IMG/VR virus record: IMGVR_UViG_3300030390_000715 | Span: 64,001-128,000 of that record | Length of the DNA stretch: 64,000 nt | Source: a virus | Reading direction: 5' to 3' (one strand) | Shown: positions 46,230-58,000 of the stretch, in pieces | Position numbering within the stretch: the stretch's first letter is position 1 | Layout of the letters: every line of letters begins with the position of its first letter | The notes under the pieces: model-generated | Seen by the model: only the letters and a program-made list of their open reading frames with translations | Database searches by the model: none | What the model was told of the DNA's origin: nothing | Made by a program: the position numbers and the translations under genes

Positions 46230-48026
46230 ATGGCTACAACCATTAAATCTACTGATCTAGATTTTAACGAAATAAAGAATAGTCTAAAAGTGCATCTACA
46301 GAACAGTGCGGAATTTAGTGACTATAACTTTGAGGCTTCGGCTCTATCGAGTCTTCTTGACGTTCTAGCCTATAACACACACCAAAATAGTTTGGTCGCT
46401 AACTACGCTTTGAACGAATCGTTTTTAAGTACCGCACAGCTTAGATCGTCTCTTGTTGGTCTTGCAAGTAGCTTGGGCTACACTGTCAATTCAAGAACAG
46501 CTTCATATGCTGTCGTGAATCTATTCACAACAATCGATGTTAATCCTCCGTCGAGCGTAACATTACCTGCGGGCAGTACATTTTCATCTACTGTCGATAA
46601 CAAGACTTATACGTTCCAAACACGAAATACCCTTATCGCAAGAAACAATGGAAGCGATCAGTACTTCTTCGCGATTGATGGTAATCAGAATGTTCCTATC
46701 TATGAAGGTGTTGTCAAAACAAAATCATTCATTGCTGGTCAAGGCAGTGATCTCGACTCATATGTTATACCAGTAACAAACTTAGACCTAGATACAGTCA
46801 AAGTCACAGTGTTTGATTCACCATCTTCTATAAACGGAAAGACGTTTATCAACATTAACGGTGCGACTTCAATTAACGAAAAAACGCGCTTGTTCGTGTG
46901 TAAAGAGACACCCAACGGATTCTATGAGTTGTCGTTTGGTAATGGTGTTCGTCTAGGTTCTCAAGCACCCGTTGCAGGCAATAAAATTCTTGTCGAATAC
47001 ACTGCTGTATCTGGAGCTGAAGCGAACGGTGCAAGAACATTTAGCCCTGATGCACAGATTGCAGGCGGCTATGATATTACTGTAACGACTATCGCACAAT
47101 CTGGTGGTGGTAACGCAAAAGAATCAATTGAGTCGATTCGTAAAAACGCGCCTTACATATACGCTTCGCAGAACAGAATGGTCACTGCTGAAGACTATGC
47201 CGCTTTGACACTCAGAAGCTATGCTAATGTTATAAAGGACATCAAAGCTTGGGGCGGTGAAGATAATTTTCCTGCGACATACGGATCAGTCTTTCTATCA
47301 ATCGAATTCTCTACGACCGACGCTACTGTTATAACTAACACTAAAGAAGCCATAACGAATCTTGCAAAAGACTTATCGGTCGCTTCATTCGACATTAAAT
47401 TTTCTGATCCAGTAGACACGTTCCTTGAAGTGAAAACATTCTTTCAATTCAATCCTAACTTGACTTCATCCTCTCGTTCGCAAGTCGAGACGAATGTGGC
47501 TAGTGCTATGGAAACATACTTCGAGAATAATCTTGGTGCGTTCGACAAGTCTTTCCGAAGATCGAATATGCTAAGTGCTATTGATGCGGTCGATGGTTCT
47601 GTATTGTCCAGTCGCGCAGAAATTAGTATGCAGTCAAGATTCGATCCTAAACTCGGTGCGGTTGATTACATCATTAATTATCCAACTTCAATAAGTCCTC
47701 CTGATGATACGCTATATGTTATTAGTTCAGGCAACTTCTTTATTAACGGTAAGATATGTTTTCTCCGGAATGTTCTTGATTCAAATGTCATTCAAGCTAT
47801 TAGTGTCGCTACCGGCATTGCGGAAGTCGATGACATTGGTTCTTATGATGCAGGCGCAGGAACAGTAACATTAAACTCGTTTGGCGGCACACTCATTAAT
47901 GGTGAATTTGTCAAGATTAATGCCACTCCGGCTAACCAGTCAGTGATCAATCCTTTCAGAAATAACATTCTGAAATTCGATGCTACAGCTTCAACGGCTC
48001 TAGCAGTACTCACAGATACAGTATAA
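46230..48026 (+). CDS. gp6: Baseplate wedge protein gp6
   Basis: LDF..IK..L, DYNFE.S.LS.LLDVLAYNTH, NESFL.TAQLRSS, FGNG, QNRMVTAEDY, WGGE. Confidence 0.93.
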   Translation: MATTIKSTDLDFNEIKNSLKVHLQNSAEFSDYNFEASALSSLLDVLAYNTHQNSLVANYALNESFLSTAQLRSSLVGLASSLGYTVNSRTASYAVVNLFTTIDVNPPSSVTLPAGSTFSSTVDNKTYTFQTRNTLIARNNGSDQYFFAIDGNQNVPIYEGVVKTKSFIAGQGSDLDSYVIPVTNLDLDTVKVTVFDSPSSINGKTFININGATSINEKTRLFVCKETPNGFYELSFGNGVRLGSQAPVAGNKILVEYTAVSGAEANGARTFSPDAQIAGGYDITVTTIAQSGGGNAKESIESIRKNAPYIYASQNRMVTAEDYAALTLRSYANVIKDIKAWGGEDNFPATYGSVFLSIEFSTTDATVITNTKEAITNLAKDLSVASFDIKFSDPVDTFLEVKTFFQFNPNLTSSSRSQVETNVASAMETYFENNLGAFDKSFRRSNMLSAIDAVDGSVLSSRAEISMQSRFDPKLGAVDYIINYPTSISPPDDTLYVISSGNFFINGKICFLRNVLDSNVIQAISVATGIAEVDDIGSYDAGAGTVTLNSFGGTLINGEFVKINATPANQSVINPFRNNILKFDATASTALAVLTDTV

Positions 48027-48029
48027 ATA
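48022..48029 (+). promoter_or_regulatory. T4 late promoter
   Basis: TATAAATA overlapping the gp6 stop. Confidence 0.75.
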
Positions 48030-48055
48030 GATACATATTAATAAGAGAACTAATC

Positions 48056-49438
48056 ATGACCTCAGCGATTACTAATCAATTTCGAATGTCTCTGCTAGAC
48101 GAGTTAAAAGCCGACATTGACGGATCCGTATCAAACTACTATGTGGGTCTAGCAAAGGGAGACGCGTATAATATCTCGGGTCTCGTTAACATTGCTCCTT
48201 CTGATGTTGGCTCAAACTACGCGCAATCTCAAATTAGACAAACCCTCCAGTCAGTCAAAACACTTGCGAATACTTCGTATGTTGTGCCTACTGTTAATTG
48301 GGTGAGTGGTACAATTTATAATCATTGGGATGACAACAACCACGCATTAACAAACTTCTATGCTATAAACTCATTCAATGATGTGTTTATTTGCGTAGGT
48401 GTTGGTAAATTATCTGACGGTACTATTAACACTTCTGTAGACGAACCCACCCAAACATTTCAACGAAGTTCTGCTCTAGGTGGGGGCTACGCTTCTGACG
48501 GAAAGACGTTCGAGCTTGGTGATGGATATAGATGGAGATTCATGTATAGAATATCCAACGTAGCTTATGCGACATACAGAACAGCAAACTGGACACCGGT
48601 TAAAAAAGTATCTGCTCTTGGATTAATTGCAGAAGAGAACGCACAAAAGAATCTTCAAGATGCTTCTATAGGCGGTGAAATAATAGGAGTTGAGATTGTA
48701 AGTGGTGGAACTACAGTAACAAGTGTCCCTACTATAACAGTTACAGGCAACGGAAGTCTAGCCGCATTCACTGTCGATATTTCTAACGGAGCAGTGACAC
48801 GAGTATTAGTAGATACAGATGCCAACACAGGTGAATATCGACATGGAAGTGGCTATGATTATGCTGATCTAAAACTCAGTGTAGGCGATGCCGTTCTGCG
48901 CCCTATACTATCACCAAAATTGGGCGTTCATGCTGATATCGCCAAAACATTAAAGTCGAACGCGCTGATGCTTCAGACTGACTTTATTGCGAACGAGAAC
49001 GAAAGTATTAGAATAGAGAACGACTTTAATCAGATCGCCCTATTCAAAAATGTAAACGCCTTTGGCACTTCGACTGCTTTCTCTGCTAACACAGGAAGTG
49101 CCTTGAAGGGTCTATCTGTTACTGTATCAAATGGCACGTTTGAAATCGACGATCTATTCAAAAATGATGCAGGAACAGCTACAGCTAAGGTCTATTACCA
49201 CGATACAGTAGATAGTAAATTATATTACTGGCAAGACGAACAAACAGGATTTGGTGAATTCAATGCTACAGACGGGCTATCTAACTTAATTCGTACAGGC
49301 ATTGCAGGAACAAGCGCATTATTATCACCCGACATTGATGCATATTCGGGTGATATAATGTATATAAATAATGTAGACGAGATTACTAGAGCAAGTAATC
49401 AAACCGAAGATATTCGAATCGTAATTCAGCTAAGATAA
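48056..49438 (+). CDS. gp8: Baseplate wedge protein gp8
   Basis: M.AIT..FR, W.SGT.Y, V..C, S..EP, DGY.W.FMY, YSGDIMYINN..I.R..Q.EDI.IVI. Confidence 0.8.
   Translation: MTSAITNQFRMSLLDELKADIDGSVSNYYVGLAKGDAYNISGLVNIAPSDVGSNYAQSQIRQTLQSVKTLANTSYVVPTVNWVSGTIYNHWDDNNHALTNFYAINSFNDVFICVGVGKLSDGTINTSVDEPTQTFQRSSALGGGYASDGKTFELGDGYRWRFMYRISNVAYATYRTANWTPVKKVSALGLIAEENAQKNLQDASIGGEIIGVEIVSGGTTVTSVPTITVTGNGSLAAFTVDISNGAVTRVLVDTDANTGEYRHGSGYDYADLKLSVGDAVLRPILSPKLGVHADIAKTLKSNALMLQTDFIANENESIRIENDFNQIALFKNVNAFGTSTAFSANTGSALKGLSVTVSNGTFEIDDLFKNDAGTATAKVYYHDTVDSKLYYWQDEQTGFGEFNATDGLSNLIRTGIAGTSALLSPDIDAYSGDIMYINNVDEITRASNQTEDIRIVIQLR
49363..49370 (+). promoter_or_regulatory. T4 late promoter
   Basis: TATAAATA near the gp8 3' end. 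Confidence 0.6.
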
Positions 49439-49452
49439 TAAGAGACTAAAAA

Positions 49453-52400
49453 ATGGCAAACCAATATACTTCCGCTACGTTACCAGGTACTTACGCAGAC
49501 GATTTTGACCCAACAAACAATTATCATCAAATATTGTTTAATAGTGGTCGCGCATTGCAAGCCCGAGAACTTACTCAATTGCAGAGTATCATCTTTGCTG
49601 AAATGAGCAGGATGGGCGGCAATTTATACAAAGAAGGTGCGGCTATCTCAGGTGCTGGCACTAGTATCAATAGCGCATACGATTATGTCAAGATCGCTTC
49701 GACAAATGCAGGTGGCGAATTCTCTGCTATACCCGTCGGAACAATATTCTCTGATCCTATTACTAATATCAAAGCACAAGTCCTAGAAGTATCGCAAGCA
49801 AAAACAGGGCAGTTATTTGATACGTTGTTCATTGAATATATCAATAACGGAAGCGCAGTCTCAGGAAACACTCCTACTAGATTTGGTGATCAGGTCACAC
49901 TCTTCGATCAGTCAGGTGGTGGTTATGAATTAATCACAGAAACACCTAACGCTACTGGTAAAGGTGTTAAGTTTACTGTCGCAGAAGGCGAGTTCTTTGC
50001 TCTAGGTAGATTCGTTAATACTATTGAACAATCTATCATATTATCTCCTTACGAAAATTCTGCGATTGATACTGTCGTAGGATTTAGAGTCGTTCAAGAT
50101 ATTGTTACTGTCAATGACACTGAAGCATTATATGACAACACAAACGGTGTCGTTAATACAGCTTCTCCTGGTGCTGATCGCTATCGTATCAGCCTAGTTC
50201 TAACTACCGAAGATCAAGTTACTGACTCGCAAACATTCTTGTTCTTAGCGCGAGTTGAAAACTCAAAGATCAGCGAAGAAATACAAATTCAAGACTCGTT
50301 CAATAAAATTAATGATCTACTTTCTATACGCACTAAAGAAGAGTCAGGCGATTATGTAGTTAATCCTTTTACTGTTAACGTCGACGATTTTGATAACGGT
50401 CTTGATTCTAACCTCGATCTTATTGTATCAGAAGGCACAGCATATATCAATGGGTACAGAGTAGAAAATCAAAGTTCTGCTAAGTTTAAATTGCCGAGAC
50501 CCACTGCTACTGAATTAGTTAATAACGATACTATCGGTATTCAGTTAGGCAACTATTTCCTATGTAATGTCAACAAAGATATTCCTATTCTTGATTATAC
50601 AGAAGTGAATCTATACTCTGCTGTCACTGCGGGCGGTTCTGTAGTCGGTACAGCGAGAGTCCGAGGAATTCAACACTTCAGCGACACCGTACAAAAAGTA
50701 TTTGTCTATGATGTTACTATGCAACCCGGTCAATCTATTGCCCAGATAAGAAGTCTAGGTACGGCTTCTACTAATTATTTTGACATAGTTGTCGCCACAA
50801 ACGGTATTAAATTATACGAGACTGATAATAACGATCTATTATTTGCTACTAACAACGCACGACCTTCAGACTTTGATGATATTACAGTAACAGTTCAGAA
50901 GTACCAGACGAAAACTGCTGTTGGTAATGCGGTCACATTAGATCAATTACCTGTTGGTCAATCTTACACACAATCTTCTGAGTGGATATTAAGTACTGCT
51001 CAAACCAGTGGTGTGGAATTACCAAGTACTTATGTTGTTACTATAACTAACAGTGGTCGCGATGCTTCTGTAACGAGTCTCGCGCAAGCTACTGACGATT
51101 ATAAAATTATCGCGTTTGTGCAAAAGACTGCTACGATAAAGCCTAAGACTGCTACTACTTCGGGCACGACTTCATTCACCTCTTCTGTAGATGCGGTATC
51201 TGGTGTTACGTATTTTAATCTTGGTCTTCCTGATATCTACTCTGTCGATTCTGTCAGACAAAACAATAGTGCTGGTAATGATTTATCGTCTATCTTTACA
51301 ATAGATGATGGTCAACGCGACAATTATTACGGTGACGGTCGCCTAGTACTTAAAGACGGCTTCGCAGATCCAGGCACAATCTATGTAAACTTCAAGTCGT
51401 TCACTCGTGGTGCAGGCGATTTCTATGCGGTCAATTCATACAACGTACCATATAGTGATATTCCTAAGCACATAACGAATACTGGTGAAGAGATATCGTT
51501 GCATGATGTTATCGACTTTAGACCTGATCAAAATACTGCGGGCACAGTGTCGAATATACCTGCGCTTCCTCTCAACGGTTCTTTAATCACTGCTGACGTT
51601 AATTATTATTTGCCTCGTGCTGATAAAGTTATCATGACTCATGACGGTGAGATCAACATTCTAATGGGGCAACAAGCCCGCGATCCACAATTCAAAGAGA
51701 CACCTGATAACTCTATGGAATTGTATAAGATCATATTGAATGCAAACACCAAGGATGAAAATGATCTTGTTGTCGTGCCTACTGCTCAACAACGTGGCTA
51801 CACGATGAAAGATATCGGTGATCTAGAAAATAAGATCGATGCTATAGAAGAGTCTACTTCACTTAGTATTTTTGAATTAGAAGCGCGTCTTGATAACGTA
51901 CTTGACAGTGATGGCGTAATTCGTATCATTAGTGGTCTTCAAGTCAACGAAGCGACTGATCATACTGGCACCGACACGGGTTCACCTGATCATAGAGCTT
52001 CGATAGATCCTGAGAATCGTTTGATTAGACCATCATTCGAAGAAGGTAATACTAGACTAGTCTACGTACCAAACAATACTGCTGATGCTTTCACAACATC
52101 ACATTCAAGTACGGGTGTTGTCAAGAAGGGCGATAACATCTATCTTGCGCACGATTCCGCAGAATGGACATTCCAGAAACTCGCTTCACGTACTACAAAG
52201 ATTAATCCTTTTGGATTGATCGACAATGTTGGTACATTAAAACTTTCTCCTTCTACTGATGAATGGAAAGAGTCTATTCAAGATGCTGTTAAGGTTCTAG
52301 CTGGTACTAATAAGCTGTCCGCAAAACAAGCGCATTGCTGGAATAACTGGCAGTGGAATTGGGGTGGTCGAACTAACGGATCTAATTTCACGGCTAATGT

Positions 52401-54759
52401 TAGACGAGTAGTAGCCTCCGAAAGTCTACGTAGAGTGATTGGTGATAGAACAGTCGATCTTGCCCTTGTACCATGGATTCGATCACGAAAGATTTTCTTC
52501 AAGGCGCAAGGCTTAACTCCGAACACTAAGTTTACTCCATTCTTTGACGGTAAAGATGTCTCTGCATGGTGTCGAGAAGAAGTTGCATTCGTTCAGTGGT
52601 CAGATCGAGTAGATGATATTGGTAATAAGAATACATACTCAACAATGTCTGGTCACCCTGACGGAACTACTGATCTTATTGCTGATGCCAACGGTGAAGT
52701 CATTGGGTCATTCTTCATACCTAATATTACACCTAAGTATGCGCTACAACACACAAAATATCGTGGAAGATATAATAGATATTATCTACGATTTAGAGCC
52801 GGTGCAAGAGAATTTAAACTTCTTGATATCAACGTGAACGACTGGGCTAGTGCAAACAGTAAAGCATTTACGCATTATACTGCTAAGGGCTTGTTGCCAT
52901 GGGTATGGTGGAATCCTCTTACGCGCTCAAGAGGCAATAAATATCTTTATCCTTACAACTACACACGTAAACTTTACTCTGCTAAAGAATTGAAACGTGT
53001 ACTCGATAGAGTACCTGCGGCTTCTGTTAAGCTAATCGATCCTCAGTTATCTGGTTTATATGGACCTGATGGTGTTGCACTAGATGGTGCGGCTCTACAG
53101 ACATTAGCAAACAATACTCAAATGTCGAAAGTTTTGTCCGATTATATTAACATTAACTTTAATCAGTTTGCAGACATTTTACCTGCTACAGTCCAAGCGG
53201 CTACGATGAATCCATTAGCGCAGACTTTTCATGTTAGTAACGATGTTGGTGTTACATTGACTAAGATTGATTTATTCTTCAAGTCAAAGCCAACGACTAC
53301 TGGCTTACCTGTATCTGTTCATATTCGTCCGGTAGAGAATGGCAAGCCGTCAACTTCAGACATTATACCTGATTCACATGTATATGTTAATAGTGCTGAT
53401 GTTGTCGCAACATCTAATACGAATCAATTGGTTACTATTCAGGGTGCACCAACACCTTTCGTATTTGAAGAGCCACTTTACTTATCGCCTGGGCAAGACT
53501 ACGCTATTGTGGTCACTTCGCAATCTACAGAGTACGAGCTTTACACTGCAAAGACTCGCGAACCAGTAATCAATTCGAAGGCTAGATCGATCACAACACA
53601 GTCTGCGCCAGGAGCAATGTTCTTACCTCAGAATGGTGTTAACTGGACTGATTCGAAAGATCAAGACTTAATGTTCAAGCTAACACGCGCTAAGTTTGGT
53701 ACGAACGGTGGAGCTAACGGCAGTCTTGTATTGAAAAATGCTGATGTTCCTGCTAGACTATTGAGTGAGAACCCATTACAAACTACAATTAGTGATCATA
53801 AAATATATGTTCGTCACGCCAATCACGGTCTACAGCCAGGAGATGGTGCTAGACTAGATAGTTGTGCCGAAATAGGTGGATTCAGTTCTGCGCAGTTAAG
53901 CGGTAGTTTCGAAGTTATTGATGTCGATGCATACGGATATCGTTTCGAGATTGATCCAAGTAATAGAGTCACAGCGACTACTACTGAAGTTGGTGGTGGT
54001 GAGAAATGTCTTTCTTTAGGAAACACTAACTTTTCTGTCGCTAATCCTCATATCGAATCGATAATACCTAACACGACTTCGATTGATGTCTCTGCACAAT
54101 TTACTTCTGGTAAGTCTGTATCTGGTTCTGAAACACGATTCGTAAGAGATACGAAGTATACGAGAATCACGCCTAAGACAAACACTGATTTTGAGAAGGT
54201 CAATACGTTATATAACTCTTATTCTCAAGACTCAGATATTGGTGCGGGCATTGCCTCTGCTTACTTCAAGGTTGATATGAAATCAGCAAGCGATTTTGTT
54301 TCTCCTATCATTGATTTACAGCGTTCTTCGTTAATAACTGTTAACAACTTGATCGATGATCCGTCAGTTACACCGCATATCTATCCTGTCGCTGAAACAT
54401 CTGCAACGGGTAGTACTACAGTAGCGTCTCATATTAATAGCCCTGTAGTATTGCAAGAGACTGCTGTTGGTATTCAAATAAAGACTGACGCGTCCGTTCA
54501 CTCGGAATGCAACTTTAGATTAGCCTATCGTGTTTGTTCTTCTGATCAAGATATTCAGAACACACCGTGGGTAGTTCAAAATCCTACTGACGCTATCGTA
54601 AAGGATGGAAGTGTGCGCTCCGTTGAATTCTTAGTCGGTGATAAGAATGGCACAATACCTCCATTTAGTCAAGTTCAGACTAAGTTCATTCTAGAAAGTA
54701 AGAATAGTGGTAAGCCAGTAACCATAGGCAATAGTGTGGTCAAGTACTTAGCGGTATGA
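49453..54759 (+). CDS. Large virion structural protein, VrlC/DUF4815-like
   Basis: Y.DDFD..N.YH.ILF..GRALQARELTQLQS, PGADR, RT.EESGDY.V, DGQRDNYY, DFRP, YTMKDIG.LE, PLAQTF, SPIID. Confidence 0.85.
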   Translation: MANQYTSATLPGTYADDFDPTNNYHQILFNSGRALQARELTQLQSIIFAEMSRMGGNLYKEGAAISGAGTSINSAYDYVKIASTNAGGEFSAIPVGTIFSDPITNIKAQVLEVSQAKTGQLFDTLFIEYINNGSAVSGNTPTRFGDQVTLFDQSGGGYELITETPNATGKGVKFTVAEGEFFALGRFVNTIEQSIILSPYENSAIDTVVGFRVVQDIVTVNDTEALYDNTNGVVNTASPGADRYRISLVLTTEDQVTDSQTFLFLARVENSKISEEIQIQDSFNKINDLLSIRTKEESGDYVVNPFTVNVDDFDNGLDSNLDLIVSEGTAYINGYRVENQSSAKFKLPRPTATELVNNDTIGIQLGNYFLCNVNKDIPILDYTEVNLYSAVTAGGSVVGTARVRGIQHFSDTVQKVFVYDVTMQPGQSIAQIRSLGTASTNYFDIVVATNGIKLYETDNNDLLFATNNARPSDFDDITVTVQKYQTKTAVGNAVTLDQLPVGQSYTQSSEWILSTAQTSGVELPSTYVVTITNSGRDASVTSLAQATDDYKIIAFVQKTATIKPKTATTSGTTSFTSSVDAVSGVTYFNLGLPDIYSVDSVRQNNSAGNDLSSIFTIDDGQRDNYYGDGRLVLKDGFADPGTIYVNFKSFTRGAGDFYAVNSYNVPYSDIPKHITNTGEEISLHDVIDFRPDQNTAGTVSNIPALPLNGSLITADVNYYLPRADKVIMTHDGEINILMGQQARDPQFKETPDNSMELYKIILNANTKDENDLVVVPTAQQRGYTMKDIGDLENKIDAIEESTSLSIFELEARLDNVLDSDGVIRIISGLQVNEATDHTGTDTGSPDHRASIDPENRLIRPSFEEGNTRLVYVPNNTADAFTTSHSSTGVVKKGDNIYLAHDSAEWTFQKLASRTTKINPFGLIDNVGTLKLSPSTDEWKESIQDAVKVLAGTNKLSAKQAHCWNNWQWNWGGRTNGSNFTANVRRVVASESLRRVIGDRTVDLALVPWIRSRKIFFKAQGLTPNTKFTPFFDGKDVSAWCREEVAFVQWSDRVDDIGNKNTYSTMSGHPDGTTDLIADANGEVIGSFFIPNITPKYALQHTKYRGRYNRYYLRFRAGAREFKLLDINVNDWASANSKAFTHYTAKGLLPWVWWNPLTRSRGNKYLYPYNYTRKLYSAKELKRVLDRVPAASVKLIDPQLSGLYGPDGVALDGAALQTLANNTQMSKVLSDYININFNQFADILPATVQAATMNPLAQTFHVSNDVGVTLTKIDLFFKSKPTTTGLPVSVHIRPVENGKPSTSDIIPDSHVYVNSADVVATSNTNQLVTIQGAPTPFVFEEPLYLSPGQDYAIVVTSQSTEYELYTAKTREPVINSKARSITTQSAPGAMFLPQNGVNWTDSKDQDLMFKLTRAKFGTNGGANGSLVLKNADVPARLLSENPLQTTISDHKIYVRHANHGLQPGDGARLDSCAEIGGFSSAQLSGSFEVIDVDAYGYRFEIDPSNRVTATTTEVGGGEKCLSLGNTNFSVANPHIESIIPNTTSIDVSAQFTSGKSVSGSETRFVRDTKYTRITPKTNTDFEKVNTLYNSYSQDSDIGAGIASAYFKVDMKSASDFVSPIIDLQRSSLITVNNLIDDPSVTPHIYPVAETSATGSTTVASHINSPVVLQETAVGIQIKTDASVHSECNFRLAYRVCSSDQDIQNTPWVVQNPTDAIVKDGSVRSVEFLVGDKNGTIPPFSQVQTKFILESKNSGKPVTIGNSVVKYLAV

Positions 54760-54992
54760 TCAATTATCGTCACATAAAAGTCGAGGGGGTTCCTAGTTTA
54801 GTTCGAGATGTTGAAACAAACGCTATACTAAGTGTAGATGCAAAAGCAATCGAACTAGCTAGAACCCAAAAAAGAATACGAGCCGCAAAGAAAATTGAAC
54901 ATACAGCCTTAGAGAATAAGGTCGATAGTCTCCAAAAAGACATAGAGGATATTAAAAAAATACTAGAATTGTTAGTCTCTGATAACGTATAA
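54756..54992 (+). CDS. Small conserved coiled-coil virion-associated protein
   Basis: KVEG..LVRD..T.AI...D, C-terminal L..DI..IK..L. Confidence 0.7.
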   Translation: MINYRHIKVEGVPSLVRDVETNAILSVDAKAIELARTQKRIRAAKKIEHTALENKVDSLQKDIEDIKKILELLVSDNV

Positions 54993-54995
54993 ATA
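54988..54995 (+). promoter_or_regulatory. T4 late promoter
   Basis: TATAAATA upstream of the giant repeat gene. Confidence 0.8.
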
Positions 54996-55030
54996 ACTGT
55001 AACTCTTGACGAATAAGAAGACTGACACCT

Positions 55031-58000
55031 ATGTCTCTACCCTTAAAACATCTTGGCAATGGCGCGCTTCAAGAATTAGCTTCCGTTGATCTTGATTCCA
55101 TTGCTTATAGGGCGGGTGTTCATCTAGGTAAAATGGGCGCAGAAGATGCTTCGGCTCTAACTACAACCTCTACTGCTAACACTCTAGTCGGTTCAATCGA
55201 TGATACGTTTTACGAAACCACTATAGGTTCTACTCCAGGAACAACATGGACAGTTAATCTAGCTGTCGATCATATATCGGACACAACTACCGGTGTTCAT
55301 ACTGCGACATTCACACAATTAAACGAATTTCCCTCTCCTATCTTTGTTGGCGATACTGTAAGAGTTATTGTTACAGGTGATGCTCAGACAGGTTTTGAAG
55401 AGATCGCTCACGAATTGTCCGAGTCTGGTACAGCACTCTTCAGTACAGAAAGTGTAACAACAACACCGTCCGCGTCTATCATCGAAGATACTCGCGTCGA
55501 ATGGGAAGATTTTGTTTATGGTCTGACAGGCACATTTATCTCACAGTTTGAGGTTAAGGTGACTCAACCTGGAGTAATAAACTTTTCGTTGAATGTGAGT
55601 ACCACTGACTTAAACAACACAACTAATAATACCGCTAACGCGTCTATATCGTTTGCGACTGTCGATGTTGAAGAAACATTACCGCCAGAAGCGACTAGCG
55701 TTCAATATGACTTATATCAATCCAATGCTGGTATTGTTACGCAAAGCGTACACAAAAAGAACCCTGTTTTCTGGACCAGATATCTAACGCCAAATGGTAT
55801 CAAAGAAATGTCTGATGCAGAACTTGATTCGTTCTGCGAAAAATTAGTCATACGAATTATGGCAAACGAATTGCCAGGCACATACAGATTAAATGCTAAC
55901 AGCCCAGGCTCTGATTGGGTTCAATTTGTTAGCAACGTATTTACAGATACACGCGCAGACGGATCGACTACTGACTACTCGATATGGCTAAGACAGTCAG
56001 GTACTGCGCCTACTCAAGTTAATCTTGTATATCCGAAGCGCGTCTTGGGTGAATACGCAGGATTAAATGAGTATACAGACAATCAAGTCGAATTTACTTT
56101 TGGCGAAAGAGTTAAGAAAGCCATTGCCACTACCGGTATTGGTAAATATGTACTAAGATCATCTACTCAAGGTGCGCCTACTGAAACAGGAACGTGGGTT
56201 GCTCGTGGTAGTGCGATTGATACTAGACTAGAATATTATTATGACCCAGGTTATGTTTCAACACCTGCATATTCAAGTCAATATGTAGAAGATTATGCAA
56301 CCGACTATGTTGACACGTATGAAGGTAATTATGAGCCTACATATACTGGCGATTTCACTGCTGACTTTGAAGGTACATACGAAGCGGAATATCTAGGCAA
56401 CTATACGCCAGATTATGACACAGGATATGATGCCGAATACACTCAAAACTTTGAAGCTGATTATCAAAGCCAGTATGAGCAAGAATATCTTGGGGACTAC
56501 GTTAGCCAATATGTACCCACATACGACGGTGCTATTTTTAACGAACAGTACAGTACGGATTATCTAGCCGCTGATTTTATAGGCGACTACATTAGCGATT
56601 ATACAGCCGACGCATACGATTCAGGATATACTTCGGACTATCAAATTGATTACATTGGTTCATACACTGGTCAATACACTAGTAACTATGACAGCGTATA
56701 TGAAGATATCAATTACGCTACAGATTACAGCGTAGATTATACAGGGCAATATGAGTCTGTATATGCGACCACGTATGAGAATGACTACACTAGTAATTAT
56801 AGTTCCCAGTACACTTCTCAATATTCGGATGAATACGAGTCTGTATATGAAGATATAGAATACTTGACCGATTACATCTCGGTCTATAATAGCGACTATA
56901 CTACTGACTATCTAAGCGATTATGATAATACAGCATATAGTACGATTTTCGAAACTACCTACGCCACAAATTATTCTACTGGCTTTGAATCTACCTTTAT
57001 AGGCACGTATGATGACACTGACTATGCGGCTACCTTTTCTGGCGATTATGTCTCTAATTATGATAACTCATTCGTAAGTCCGGAGTATCAGAGTGTTTAC
57101 GAGGGTAGCCCATACTCTGTAGACTTTGTTGGAGATTACACATCCACTTATGATTCTTCGTTCGTACAGGATTTTGTAGGCACGTATGATGACACTGACT
57201 ATGTGACTAACTTCGTCGGTGATTATGCTAGTCAATATATCAGTCAGTTTAGCCAAGACTTTGCTGTCGATTATAATACAGACGATTACGTGGTAGACTT
57301 TGTTGGTGATTATACGTCATCTTACGATGCTTCGTTCGCACAGGACTTCGTTGGAAATTATAGTGACACTGACTATGCGACTACCTTCGTCGGTGATTAT
57401 GCTAGTCAATATATCAATCAGTTTAGTCAGAACTTTGCGGCAGTGTTTGATGGTTCTCAATATACTACTGTTTTTGAATCGAACTATGTGGGTGATTATG
57501 CAGGATCATTCGAAGGCAACTTCAACAACATATTCGAAGGTGCAAGTTATGTTTCTACCTTTGCCAACTCTTATGCTAGTCAATATACGTCACAGTTCAG
57601 TCAAGCATTCTCGGCTAACTATGATAACACAACATACACTGGTGACTTTAATGAGACTTATTCTGGCGATTACATTGGTCTGTATAGCGCGTCTTTCGCA
57701 GGCAATTATGAGCGAACTACATATGAAACGCAATTTAGCGCGTCATACACCGGCAACTATGTGGGTCTTTTCTCACAGACTTTCTTAGGAACATATGACA
57801 GTCAAGGATACACTGCTGACTTTACAGCAAACTATACTGGCGACTACAGCGGTACGTTCGGAACTACGTTTCTTGGAAATTATGATAGTCAACAATTTAA
57901 CGCTATCTTCGAGAGTACTTACACTGGTGATTATGACGGACAATTTAGTGCTACGTTTATCGGTGAATACGATAGAGTAAACTACAACACAAACTTCGTA

